The translations under genes were made by a program, and so were the position numbers. DNA of 56,532 nt. It comes from Verrucomicrobiota bacterium. Lineage in GTDB: Bacteria; Verrucomicrobiota; Verrucomicrobiia; Limisphaerales; CANJSG01. The DNA lies in NCBI GenBank assembly GCA_038209745.1, contig JBBQXJ010000023.1, positions 1-56,532 on the forward strand, given 5' to 3'. The first letter of the stretch is position 1; each line of letters starts with the position of its first letter. The notes under the pieces were generated by a model. The model was given only the letters and a program-made list of their open reading frames with translations. It was not told the DNA's origin and made no database searches. Shown here in pieces: positions 47,708 through 56,532 of the stretch.

Positions 47708-48662
47708 AGAAATTTCGGGTGTGGATCCGCTCGCGATCACCGGAGACGACACCTGCCGCTCCCGCCTGGGTTTCAATCAGGCTCACGCCTTCCCGCATCC
47801 CGAGCACGAACGCCGTGGTGGAGAGGGCTCCAGCCAAGGTGCAGGAGGGTGCTATAACGGACACCGCTCTGACGCCGTTGTCCACCGGATAGCCGGTCCG
47901 AGGATCGACGATATGGCCGATGCGGCGACCGTCCAGAGTCCGGTTCCGCAGGTAGTCGCCTGAGGTCGCCACGGCCCGGTCTTTGATGGCCAAACCGCAC
48001 CAGACGCGGCCGGGTTGCGCCGGATCCTCGAGTCCGATGTGCCAGAATGGTTTGGCCGGGGGCAGGCCGATGACTCGGATATCCTTGCCAAAATCCACCA
48101 GCGCTCCGCGAGTGCCGGCTTCCGCAACCATGAGAGCGACGCAATCCACGGCGTATTCTTTGCCGATGCCTCCGAGATCGACGGCCATGCCCGGAGCGGT
48201 CAGTTGAATGGCGCCCTTGCGATGTTTCACTTTTCGCCATCCGACGAGCGCCCGGGCGTGCTCGACCTCCATGTCGGTCGGGAGCCGCGTGGAGGTTCCC
48301 TTCCAGTCCCACAGCTTCAGCAGCGGCAGGGAGGTCGGGTCGAAGGCGCCACGGGTGAAGAAATGGAGCTGGTCGCAGAGCGCGAAGATCTTGTCCGTCT
48401 CGGCATCGACCTCGGTCCACTCTCCCGCCGGAGCGGAGTTGATGCGCGAGATCAAACTGTCTGGCTGGAACCTCGAATACTTCATCTCGAAGGCGGCGAC
48501 CCAGTCGCGGATCGCCTCACCCAGCGGCCGGATTTCGTCGGCTCCAGCGGCGAAGCGGACTTGGCAAAGGGTGCCCATCGCTTGGAACGAAAGCGAGGCG
48601 ACTCCGTCGGCCGACGCCCAAGCCGTGGTGCGGCGGATCCTTTCTTGGACGGGGTGCTCCAT
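47688..48662 (-). CDS. apbE: FAD:protein FMN transferase
   Basis: AMGT, SRFQPDS.ISRIN, GAFDPT, DLGGIGKEYAVD, ATSGDY, HIVDPRTG.P. Confidence 0.92.
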   Translation of the reverse strand: MEHPVQERIRRTTAWASADGVASLSFQAMGTLCQVRFAAGADEIRPLGEAIRDWVAAFEMKYSRFQPDSLISRINSAPAGEWTEVDAETDKIFALCDQLHFFTRGAFDPTSLPLLKLWDWKGTSTRLPTDMEVEHARALVGWRKVKHRKGAIQLTAPGMAVDLGGIGKEYAVDCVALMVAEAGTRGALVDFGKDIRVIGLPPAKPFWHIGLEDPAQPGRVWCGLAIKDRAVATSGDYLRNRTLDGRRIGHIVDPRTGYPVDNGVRAVSVIAPSCTLAGALSTTAFVLGMREGVSLIETQAGAAGVVSGDRERIHTRNFYEYCVS

Positions 48663-49921
48663 CAAAACCATACCCGGAGTCCAACCGTCCAGACATTGGC
48701 CGTGGGATAGGCGCTGGGGCTCGTCACGTGGTCGAGGCCCTGCATTTCATAGCGCTTGTAGGCGGCATCGAGGGAGACGCGATCTTTGATCTTCCACGTG
48801 ATGCCCATGCCGTAGGTGAAGGTGTTCATCCGCGAGAGGCGGAAGTCCGACGAGTAGTAGCTGGGCCAAGGCGGGGCGACGTTCACTCCGAACGGCGGTA
48901 TCCCGAGGTCCGCGCCGATGTCACCTCCTCCGGGGTAGCCTTGGTCACCCGAAAAGACCGTGCCATAGAACGAAGCGGCGGACTGGTTGTAGAAACGGAA
49001 AAAAGGCGACACCACGATGTTCTGGCCGAGCTTCTGTAGCCAGGTGAGCGTCATGGTATGGGAGAAGATCCCGTAGTCGTTGTGGAAGAAGCGATATTCG
49101 GTGTTCAGGCTGCCATCGAGCGATTTGAAAAAGTGGCTGAGCGAGACTTCGGCGACCTGGTCGAAACGGTGGCGGGGCCGCGATTCCTCGAGCGGAAACA
49201 GGGTATTGAAATCCGGATTGAAGAGCGGATCGGGATAAGCGTAGTAGAAGTTGACGTTCTTGTAGGGATCCGCGAGGAAGCCGTCGGAGTAGATCAGGGT
49301 CAGATTGCCGGAGAGCAGGGTCTGGGGATCGAGGATCTGGCTGAGGCCCACGAGCAGCGACGTCTTGTCTTTCTTCTGGTACAACGGCTGGTTCGCCCCC
49401 GAGACCCGGTCGAAGTCATGGCTGCCTCCAAAACTAAGGACGGTGTTCTTCTGGTTGAACTCGAAAGTATAGGTGCCGGCGACTCCGGTGGATTCGTAGT
49501 CGCTCTCCTTGCTGTAGGCGACCTGGGGTGCGAAGCCGTGGGGGCCGAACTTCAAGGGAACTTCCAGGTTGTAGCCGCGACGGATATCCTTGATCTGCAC
49601 CGTGGGCACCTGGTCCGAGCCGTTCTTGGGCGCTTCACCGGTGGGGGTTGCTCCCGAGATTCCGTCGTAGACGTAGGAACCCTTCACCGTCATCCAAGGC
49701 TTCAGATCCGCCGCGAACGCCGCGGAATGTGTCTGGACGTGGATGCGGCCGTTCTCTTCTTTGTAGTCCTCGTATTTGTAGTCGAAGTGGTCCTCCGCAT
49801 GGACACCGGCACTCGCGCAGATTTTGGCGCCACAGAGACACAGAAGCCATCGGCGCGCAAAGCGGGGAGTTCCCGTTTCGATCCAACGACCCAACTGTGC
49901 AACGGCAGGCCGGAAATACAT
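48662..49921 (-). CDS. DUF3570 outer-membrane beta-barrel protein
   Basis: DGISGATP, SKESDYES, GFLADPYK, SSDFRLS, terminal aromatic (RVWF); canonical neighbour of apbE/TlpA/DUF4266. Confidence 0.82.
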   Translation of the reverse strand: MYFRPAVAQLGRWIETGTPRFARRWLLCLCGAKICASAGVHAEDHFDYKYEDYKEENGRIHVQTHSAAFAADLKPWMTVKGSYVYDGISGATPTGEAPKNGSDQVPTVQIKDIRRGYNLEVPLKFGPHGFAPQVAYSKESDYESTGVAGTYTFEFNQKNTVLSFGGSHDFDRVSGANQPLYQKKDKTSLLVGLSQILDPQTLLSGNLTLIYSDGFLADPYKNVNFYYAYPDPLFNPDFNTLFPLEESRPRHRFDQVAEVSLSHFFKSLDGSLNTEYRFFHNDYGIFSHTMTLTWLQKLGQNIVVSPFFRFYNQSAASFYGTVFSGDQGYPGGGDIGADLGIPPFGVNVAPPWPSYYSSDFRLSRMNTFTYGMGITWKIKDRVSLDAAYKRYEMQGLDHVTSPSAYPTANVWTVGLRVWF

Positions 49922-50097
49922 TTCTGGTTGTTAACCTAAGAACGAGCCAATTCGGTGTCATCGAAAAAAACACTGGATTAGCCTAAAATAATAGTTGGTG
50001 AATCTGCGGTGCTCTGCATCAGCTCCCGATCCGCCCCTGGCTGTCTCCGCTGGCGTCTTCCATTGGGGGGAGATCACTAAAACCTTATGGCTCAGAA

Positions 50098-51465
50098 TTA
50101 TGCTCCGAAAACGGGGTCGTTCTTTACCCGTTCGAAACCGTCGCGATGGCGCTCCGAGAGGGCTTCGGGCTGGTAGAAAGTGTCGTAGAACCCAGCGTCA
50201 ATGTGGCCGGTCTGGAACCCCAGGCCACAGCGAAAAGCAGGCACATGGACGGGGAAGCGTGCGTAGCGTCGCCATAGGTAGGTGCAGTAGGCGGTGGTTG
50301 CCGCGATCGCCCGTTCACTGACGGGCCGCACGCCGCCGGTGACCGCTGAATGGTTCTGCCAAGCGGAGACACCGTCGGGGCGGCGGAACACGCCTTTCTC
50401 TCCTGTCTTTTGCGCGACCACGGCCCGGACCACTTCGTCCATGGAGCCGTAGTTCGGTGGACACAGCGCCTTCATCAGCTCTTCGCCCTTTGCTTCCAAT
50501 CCGAGGAAGAACGGCACCTCGGGATTTTTTCCTGTCAGGTTCATGCCGAGGGTCACCAAGGGTCCTGCGCCGAGATAGCGGCTGGCCCTCATGGGGACCG
50601 ACCGGAATCCGAGCGCTTGGAACCAACCGAGATCGTGGTTGGCGAAGTGCGGGAATCCGCCGAGTCCAAGCGCCTCGGTCATCAGGCCGAGGTTCTGGAG
50701 CATCATTCCCTGTTCGAGATTCACGAAGTCCGTCACGAGCTGCTCGACGTGTTTGATCGTGGCCACGCGGCCGTTCGACGGGTTGTCGTCGAGATGACCG
50801 CCGCAGCTCTTGGCGAAAGCGCCGAGACCGGCCGGGCGGAAACCCGCGCGCTCGTCGAGAATGAAGGCGCCCGTATCCTCGTTCAGAATCTCCAGCAGAC
50901 CGTTCACATACATGAAGGTGAGATCGTTGATCGGCAGGAAGCAGCAGGTCCCCGGAGCGTGCAACGACCAGCGGTTGGCGTTGATGTTGAAGAGCGGTTC
51001 CATCGGTGGATGAACCCGATGGTCGAAGAGCCGGACGCGGCTGCGCCGATACGTTTCGATGAATTCGCCGGCGCGGTTCAGACGGATCAATTCCCGGATT
51101 TCATCGGGCGAGAAGTTCTGGGGCCGACGCACGAACCACGTGCCGGAATCGTTGATCACGGCCAGCGCCACGGTCTGGAGGCAGTCGCCGCTGGCGATGG
51201 TCCGACCGACCAGTCCCGACATGATGCTGCCGCCATGACCGGGAGCGTAGCAGAGGTCGGCGAGGGCTGGCCCGGTGACGCCGCAGGCCGAGTAGACAAG
51301 GGCCGCCTCTTCGGCTTCGGTCAACGGGACGGGCTGATGCCTGCTCCGATAGGCCAGCGGCCCGCCGGGCATGGTCATGCCCGGTGCGAAACGCCGCGAT
51401 CGCCGGTTCTTCAGGGCGTCGAGCAGCGTGCAGTCGGGCGGGCCGGGATTGGGCGCGGTGTCCAT
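50098..51465 (-). CDS. Uncharacterised nitroreductase-fold-like protein
   Basis: LLDALKNRRSRRF FMN-phosphate-like motif, PLTEAEEA, EQGMMLQNLGL..EALGLGG. Confidence 0.65.
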   Translation of the reverse strand: MDTAPNPGPPDCTLLDALKNRRSRRFAPGMTMPGGPLAYRSRHQPVPLTEAEEAALVYSACGVTGPALADLCYAPGHGGSIMSGLVGRTIASGDCLQTVALAVINDSGTWFVRRPQNFSPDEIRELIRLNRAGEFIETYRRSRVRLFDHRVHPPMEPLFNINANRWSLHAPGTCCFLPINDLTFMYVNGLLEILNEDTGAFILDERAGFRPAGLGAFAKSCGGHLDDNPSNGRVATIKHVEQLVTDFVNLEQGMMLQNLGLMTEALGLGGFPHFANHDLGWFQALGFRSVPMRASRYLGAGPLVTLGMNLTGKNPEVPFFLGLEAKGEELMKALCPPNYGSMDEVVRAVVAQKTGEKGVFRRPDGVSAWQNHSAVTGGVRPVSERAIAATTAYCTYLWRRYARFPVHVPAFRCGLGFQTGHIDAGFYDTFYQPEALSERHRDGFERVKNDPVFGA

Positions 51466-51532
51466 TCCCGGAAAATGTAGGAGGGCAAGTGCGAACGCCA
51501 GTCGGGAGGACCGCCTTTCGGCATCCGGCGAA

Positions 51533-52702
51533 TCAAAACGGCATGAAGACCAGATTGAAGATCCGCTCCACGCACCATCCGCCGGCGACGAGGCAGATGA
51601 CGGCCGATCCGGCTTGGAGCGCCATCCTCCGGTAGACCCAAGTGGACCGCATCAGGAACGCGACCGGCATGAAGAGCGAGACGATGGCGAGCTGGCCGAT
51701 CTCGACGCCGAGATTGAATCCCACCAGGCCCGAAGCCAGCGCGCTGCGGGGCAGGTCGAGCTCTCCCAAGGCACTGGCGAAGCCGAAGCCATGCACCAGC
51801 CCAAAAGCAAACGCCACGATCCAGCCGCGGTCGCGGAAGAAAGGTTTCAGGTTGTTCGCGGCGGCCAGCACCACGCTGGCGGCGATGGTCGATTCGACGA
51901 GGCGCGAGGGCATGCGGACCACGTCGAGGACGGCCAGGCTGAGGGTCAACGAGTGGGCCAGGGTGAAGGCGGTCACGACCTTCAGCACGTTGATCAGAGC
52001 CGGCTTGAAGGCGGGCGTCGGATGCCATTGGCGACCGGAGTGGACGAGCACCGCCGGCAGGAGGAGGGCGATCAGGAAGAGGATGTGGTCGTAGCCGGTC
52101 CAGATGTGCCAGACGCCTTCGCGGACGAACTGGAGGAAGCCGAAGGACGTGGTCGAACGGGTGACGGCGGGATCGATGGAGAAGCCGAGCGAGCGGCGGT
52201 CGGACGCGAAGATTCCCGTCTTCGTGGTCCCGTCGATCTCGAGTTTCAGCAGCCCGAGATGCAGCGGATCCACGTCGAACATGAGGCTGTAGTTCAAGGT
52301 GAGCTCGTGTCCGCCTTTCCACGGACCGGTGATCAACGGGACGACCACGTAGCCGCCGTCGTTGCGCTGGTTTATTTGGAGCGCTTGCGCCCGGAATGCG
52401 ACGGGAGTGCCGTCCACAGCCGCTGCCAAGCGGGTCTGGACGTAGGCTTTGATCTCCGCTTCGCGCCGTTGGACTTCGCCCCACGTCACGTTGCCGTCGC
52501 CGTTGGCGTCGAGTCCGAGAGACTGTTCGAAGTCGTGGAGCGAAATCTCGAGCCGGCCGACGAGCTGCTGGTTGGTGACGGTGAGCGAGAGGTAACCGTC
52601 GCTGAGCTTGTGCGCGAGGGCGGGGAAGGTGCCGGCGAGGAGGAGGAGAGCGACGGCCCAGCAGCGGGGCCAGTGGCGCGGAGAACGACGGGTTGCCTTC
52701 AT
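51533..52702 (-). CDS. HupE/UreJ-family membrane protein
   Basis: Signal peptide then AH; GVWHIWTGYDHILFL, TAFTLAHSLTL, FGLVHGFGFA, FNLGVEIGQ. Confidence 0.9.
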   Translation of the reverse strand: MKATRRSPRHWPRCWAVALLLLAGTFPALAHKLSDGYLSLTVTNQQLVGRLEISLHDFEQSLGLDANGDGNVTWGEVQRREAEIKAYVQTRLAAAVDGTPVAFRAQALQINQRNDGGYVVVPLITGPWKGGHELTLNYSLMFDVDPLHLGLLKLEIDGTTKTGIFASDRRSLGFSIDPAVTRSTTSFGFLQFVREGVWHIWTGYDHILFLIALLLPAVLVHSGRQWHPTPAFKPALINVLKVVTAFTLAHSLTLSLAVLDVVRMPSRLVESTIAASVVLAAANNLKPFFRDRGWIVAFAFGLVHGFGFASALGELDLPRSALASGLVGFNLGVEIGQLAIVSLFMPVAFLMRSTWVYRRMALQAGSAVICLVAGGWCVERIFNLVFMPF

Positions 52703-53913
52703 TGGTTCGAGCTGGCGGCGACTGTCGTCGTGGCCAGCTTGGCTGCCAAGTTCCGAATCGCCGCGTCTTCGTAGCGGTTCGCTTTTATCCACTCGAGCAC
52801 CGGTTGGGCCGCAGCGGGCTGGTGCGCGGCAATTGCGGATTCCAGGACAAGACGGACGTCGGCGGGTTCGTGCTGAAGAGTCCAGTTCTCCAGCGCGACG
52901 CCGAGTGCGGTCGCGGGGTCGGCTTTCAGGCGGAGCAAGTAACGGGCTTCCTCGCGCTGATGAATGAAACCGGGGCGCAAGTGGCCTGCGGCAAATCCAG
53001 CGTCGAGTCGCTCGATCAATGCGGGAAGCCCGGCTTGGTCGTCTGCGGAACCGCGTTGATGGCGGGCTTCTGCGAGGCGCAGCGCGAGCGAGTCTTGCCG
53101 TTCATGATCGACCAAGAGGTCGATGACTTCAGCCGGGCGCTGTTGGTCGAGAAGGAAGTCCGCCCACGCGCCGAGCAGATAGGCATCCGACCCGTCGAGG
53201 AGCAGGGCGGCACGGAAGCTCTTTTCTGCGGCGGCGGCGCGGTCGAGACGGGCGTTCATCTCGCCCGACATCGTGAGCGCCCAGCGACGAAGATCGGGCG
53301 CGGCCTCGGGGTTGTTCTTCAGGAGGGAATCAAGGCGATCAATTCCGCCTGCCGTGCGGCCGGTCATCGAGCCGATGTTGGCCGCGACGGTTACGGCGGC
53401 GAATTCTTGGCCACGCTGGAGCAGTCGCAGGCAGGCTTGGCGTGATTCGTCGAAGCGGCCCTGGAGCGTGTCGATGGTGGCGAGGGTGAGCCATGCTTGG
53501 ACGTTGGATGGATCGCGGCGGACGGCTTGCTGCAGATCGATCCGCGATGCTTCGAACTGGTGCAGGCTCTGGAGGATGGTGGCGCGAAGGACCAGCGCGG
53601 GAATGGGCGGCTCGGTTTCGGTCCACCACGGGCGCAGCGCAGCTTCGGCGTAGCTGAGGTGGCGTGGATCGGAGGTGGCCCGGGCGCGGCCCACCAGTTC
53701 ACGCGCGACACGGCAGGCGAGATCGAGGTTGTCGGGCGTGGCGGTGAGCTGGGCGCGGAGGGATTTGAGTTCGCGTTCCGCCGCAGGGCTGGAGCCGGTC
53801 GCCAAACGACCGACGACTTCGTTGGGCGAGGCGGGCGTGTAGGGCGAAGCCACCAGGCTGGGTCCGAAAATCAACGAGGCGGCCAGAACGATCGTTGGAA
53901 GGGAGGAGAGCAT
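52699..53913 (-). CDS. Secreted TPR-repeat protein
   Basis: Signal peptide, Ala/Leu-rich helical repeats (LVLRATILQSLHQFE, AWLTLATI, NW..Q.EPAD); coupled to the HupE gene. Confidence 0.8.
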   Translation of the reverse strand: MLSSLPTIVLAASLIFGPSLVASPYTPASPNEVVGRLATGSSPAAERELKSLRAQLTATPDNLDLACRVARELVGRARATSDPRHLSYAEAALRPWWTETEPPIPALVLRATILQSLHQFEASRIDLQQAVRRDPSNVQAWLTLATIDTLQGRFDESRQACLRLLQRGQEFAAVTVAANIGSMTGRTAGGIDRLDSLLKNNPEAAPDLRRWALTMSGEMNARLDRAAAAEKSFRAALLLDGSDAYLLGAWADFLLDQQRPAEVIDLLVDHERQDSLALRLAEARHQRGSADDQAGLPALIERLDAGFAAGHLRPGFIHQREEARYLLRLKADPATALGVALENWTLQHEPADVRLVLESAIAAHQPAAAQPVLEWIKANRYEDAAIRNLAAKLATTTVAASSNQ

Positions 53914-54029
53914 GGGCGCTTGAAATCGGTGGGTGGGAAGTCCGTGGGGACCGAAACGGAGGGGACGAACACCGGCTTGGTGGCCGTTGTTCTGGTTGCC
54001 GGGATCCTCCGGCGACGATTTTCAAGATT

Positions 54030-54075
54030 GGCGGGTGCCGGCTGACACACGGGGTTAAAACGACCGGCACCCGCC
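54030..54075 (-). other. Intercistronic stem-loop after DUF4331 (loop ends CCGTGTGT)
   Basis: GGCGGGTGCCGG / CCGGCACCCGCC perfect 12-bp stem. Confidence 0.6.
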
Positions 54076-54098
54076 TTCCTGTCACAAGACGAGGAAAC

Positions 54099-55736
54099 TT
54101 ATTTCACCTGGACCTTGAACTCGGTCGCGGTGGTGGTGGCGTTGGTCAATGTGACCTTGCCGTCGGCCTTCAACCGGAGGAACCCAGCGCTGCCGGCCGG
54201 CTTGGCCACGGTGAGCGTGCGGGTTTTCGCATCGTAGGTGCCGGGCACGCTGCTGAAGGGTCCGGCCACGATCGCGGCGGTTTGCGGGACGATCGTGATC
54301 GACTGTTCGTTGGGGGATCCCGGGATCGGCGGATTCAGATACGGGAAGTGGTCCATGAACATGTTCGAATCGACGTAGGCGCCGTCGGTGAACGGAACGT
54401 CTCCGGCGGGAGCTTGGTCCGGAGTGCCGAAGAGGCCGAGTTTGATGAGCTTGCCCATGGACACGCGAAGGGCGATGTCGACGACGTCGTCGCCGGGGCG
54501 GCGGCCATTGGGGAATCCGGCGTTGTCTCCGGCGATGACGCCGAGGTTGTTCTGGGCACCCTTGGCCACGGTGGGAATGTCCATGTTCAAGCGGAGCATT
54601 TCACCGGCGCCGCCGTTGGCGTTGAGGCCGGTGACACCCGTCACGAAGGCCGCGACGAGGTCGGTGCGGGGGAACAAGGTCGGAGCAACGGCGCCCGCGC
54701 TGCCGTAGAGGAGCTCGATGATCGCGGGGAGGGTCGGATGAGTGACGTAGTCGGCGAAGTTCGCCAAGTCGTTCTTGGGTTCGCTGGCGTTGAAGTTGTC
54801 CTTGTCCTTCACACCGATGACGAGTTCGTTGACCAACGGGCTGCCCAGCCGGGAGACCTGGTTGGTCACGCCGTCATGGACGAGACTGGCCGTGGTCCAA
54901 CCGCCGATAATACCTCCCTTGCTGCCGCTTCCACGGAGGAAATCCTTCGGCAGTTCGAGAATCAGCGAGGTCACGTTCTTGTCGCGGAGGCTGTCCTTGT
55001 TGGCGTCGACCGGGCCCAGCGGACTGGTGGAGATGTTCACCAAGTCGAAGGTCTCTCCGAGGTTCACGACGAAAGGATCTTTCTTCTGGCCGACGAAGAG
55101 CTTCGCCTTGTTGGTCGTGCCGGGAAGGTTGATCTCGTAGACGTAGGCGTTCGCGTAGGAATTGTAGTCCGGGAAAGTTTTCTCTCCGACGTAGTCCTGC
55201 GGTTTGGTGAAGACCGCGCTTCCTGCGTGCATCAACGGGGTGACCGTGCCGGTGCGGCGCGGACCGTTGATCAGCGAAACCGTGTAGGTCTGGTCGACCA
55301 GCAACGATGATTGGTCTGCAGCGGTGATCTGGCCCACGGCGAGCACGGGGACGGAGTTGGTCTTCCGATTGCCTGCCGGGCCGACCGGTAGAGCAAAGCC
55401 GCGAGGCGTGTTCTGGAAACGGAACTGGAAGGTGAGGTTCTCAACGGCGTCGCCCGTGTTGTCGATGTGGATCTCGTAGAGGGCGTTCGGATCGAGCTGG
55501 AAGTAGTTCGGCCCGCCGTAGGCGTCCTGCAGGGGGAGGTAGTTCGCCACGACCGTCACATAGTTGGAACGACCGGTTTCGTAGCTGTTGAAGAGGTAGA
55601 AGTCCGATCCGTCGACCTTGGGAGTGGACGTGATCAGCGGGGCTTCGCGATGGCTGGAAGCGGCCGCCGGGAGAACGGCGGAGGCTGCGAGCGCCAAGGC
55701 GGCGGTCGTCTTTCGCAAACTGGAAGAGGTATGCAT
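54099..55736 (-). CDS. DUF4331 secreted protein
   Basis: ASSHREAP after the signal peptide, DPFVVNLG, QVSRLG.PLVNE, GFPNGRRPGDDVVDI. Confidence 0.9.
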   Translation of the reverse strand: MHTSSSLRKTTAALALAASAVLPAAASSHREAPLITSTPKVDGSDFYLFNSYETGRSNYVTVVANYLPLQDAYGGPNYFQLDPNALYEIHIDNTGDAVENLTFQFRFQNTPRGFALPVGPAGNRKTNSVPVLAVGQITAADQSSLLVDQTYTVSLINGPRRTGTVTPLMHAGSAVFTKPQDYVGEKTFPDYNSYANAYVYEINLPGTTNKAKLFVGQKKDPFVVNLGETFDLVNISTSPLGPVDANKDSLRDKNVTSLILELPKDFLRGSGSKGGIIGGWTTASLVHDGVTNQVSRLGSPLVNELVIGVKDKDNFNASEPKNDLANFADYVTHPTLPAIIELLYGSAGAVAPTLFPRTDLVAAFVTGVTGLNANGGAGEMLRLNMDIPTVAKGAQNNLGVIAGDNAGFPNGRRPGDDVVDIALRVSMGKLIKLGLFGTPDQAPAGDVPFTDGAYVDSNMFMDHFPYLNPPIPGSPNEQSITIVPQTAAIVAGPFSSVPGTYDAKTRTLTVAKPAGSAGFLRLKADGKVTLTNATTTATEFKVQVK

Positions 55737-55775
55737 GGATTAGAATGGTTGGTGGTTATGACTTTCATCCATTCC

Positions 55776-55802
55776 TTACGACCCGGATGGCGGTCTGGAT
55801 GC
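55776..55802 (-). promoter_or_regulatory. Putative ECF promoter (GCATCC-N16-CGTAA) for the DUF4331 operon
   Basis: Minus strand GCATCC AGACCGCCATCCGGGT CGTAA, 40 bp upstream of the ATG. Confidence 0.62.
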
Positions 55803-55892
55803 ATCCGGACCGGAATAACTTTCCCCTAGCGCGAGCGGCCGGGGTTTCTCAAAGTCCGGGCGTCGAATTTTCCGGGCCCACGCCCGTCGCCC

Positions 55893-56138
55893 ATGAAAGC
55901 AAAGATCATCATCACGCCGAAGCAAGCCGTCCTGGATCCACAGGGCATCACCGTTGAAAGCGCCCTCGCCCACATGGGCTACAAGGGAGTCACCGGGGTC
56001 CACGTCGGGAAATACGTTGAGATCGACCTCGCCGAAGGCACGGACAAGGTGGTGGCGGAGAAAGCTTTGAACGAGGCGGCCCACCGCTTCCTGAGCAATC
56101 CGGTGATCGAGGACTACAAGTTGGAGATCGTGGACTGA
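55893..56138 (+). CDS. purS: Phosphoribosylformylglycinamidine synthase subunit PurS
   Basis: [21 protein letters not shown]. Confidence 0.95.
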   Translation: MKAKIIITPKQAVLDPQGITVESALAHMGYKGVTGVHVGKYVEIDLAEGTDKVVAEKALNEAAHRFLSNPVIEDYKLEIVD

Positions 56139-56140
56139 CC

Positions 56141-56532
56141 ATGAACTTCGCCGTCCTCCAGTTTCCCGCCTCCAACTGCGATCAGGATGCCGTCCACGTC
56201 CTGAAAAACGTCTTCGGCCAATCCGCCCGCTTCGTCTGGCACAAAGAATCGTCCCTCGGCCCGGTGGACGCGGTCATCGTCCCGGGCGGCTTCAGCTTTG
56301 GCGACTACTTGCGCTGCGGGGCCATCGCGCGTTTCAGTCCGGTTATGCAGGCCGTGAAGCAATTTGCCGACAACGGAGGGATGGTCCTCGGCATTTGCAA
56401 CGGTTTCCAGGTTCTCTGCGAGGCCGGGTTGCTGCCCGGTGCGCTGATCCGCAATCGGTCGCTCCAATTCCGCTGCGAGCAGGTCTATTTGAAGACAGCG
56501 ACGCCGGATTCACCCTTCACGAACAAGATTCC
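56141..56532 (+). CDS. purQ: Phosphoribosylformylglycinamidine synthase glutaminase subunit PurQ (runs off the window end)
   Basis: [49 protein letters not shown], translated by hand from 56141. Confidence 0.95.
   Translation, partial: MNFAVLQFPASNCDQDAVHVLKNVFGQSARFVWHKESSLGPVDAVIVPGGFSFGDYLRCGAIARFSPVMQAVKQFADNGGMVLGICNGFQVLCEAGLLPGALIRNRSLQFRCEQVYLKTATPDSPFTNKI

Overview
High-GC bacterial chromosomal window, most likely Verrucomicrobiota (inferred from a PEP-CTERM protein, an H-Xn-DG prepilin-like protein, secreted proteins with FYRL-type C-termini, and GTAG-headed palindromes). From left to right it holds: (1) an Rhs/YD fragment between two 27-bp direct repeats, directly upstream of a RAYT-type HUH transposase; (2) housekeeping and envelope genes (glgP, ptsH, kdsD, an App1-type phosphatase, a UgtP-type glycosyltransferase, topB, a serine hydrolase-NamZ fusion); (3) a ~16-kb phosphorus/phosphonate scavenging locus with PHO-box-like repeats (TIGR03364-type oxidase, prepilin-like protein, lipoprotein, LamG/Ig surface protein, two phosphoesterases, pbfA, phnA, a glycosidase-like gene fused to an aminotransferase remnant, phnY, a GlpT-type MFS; no phnW); (4) two SNF2 helicases, a desaturase, a TetA-like MFS, an NtrC-type regulator and a radical SAM protein; (5) an ECF sigma/cupin anti-sigma pair, a DUF3570-ApbE-TlpA-DUF4266-Ig flavinylation cluster, a DUF4331-TPR-HupE cluster and purS-purQ. 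The most notable signals are four REP doublets (REPIN-like) inserted in frame inside coding genes (three in one SNF2 helicase, one in phnA), the repeat-bounded Rhs cassette beside the RAYT, the PUL-like phosphonate locus, and flavinylation motifs in both DUF3570 and the Ig-domain protein. Family assignments come from motif recognition by eye; no database searches were run.
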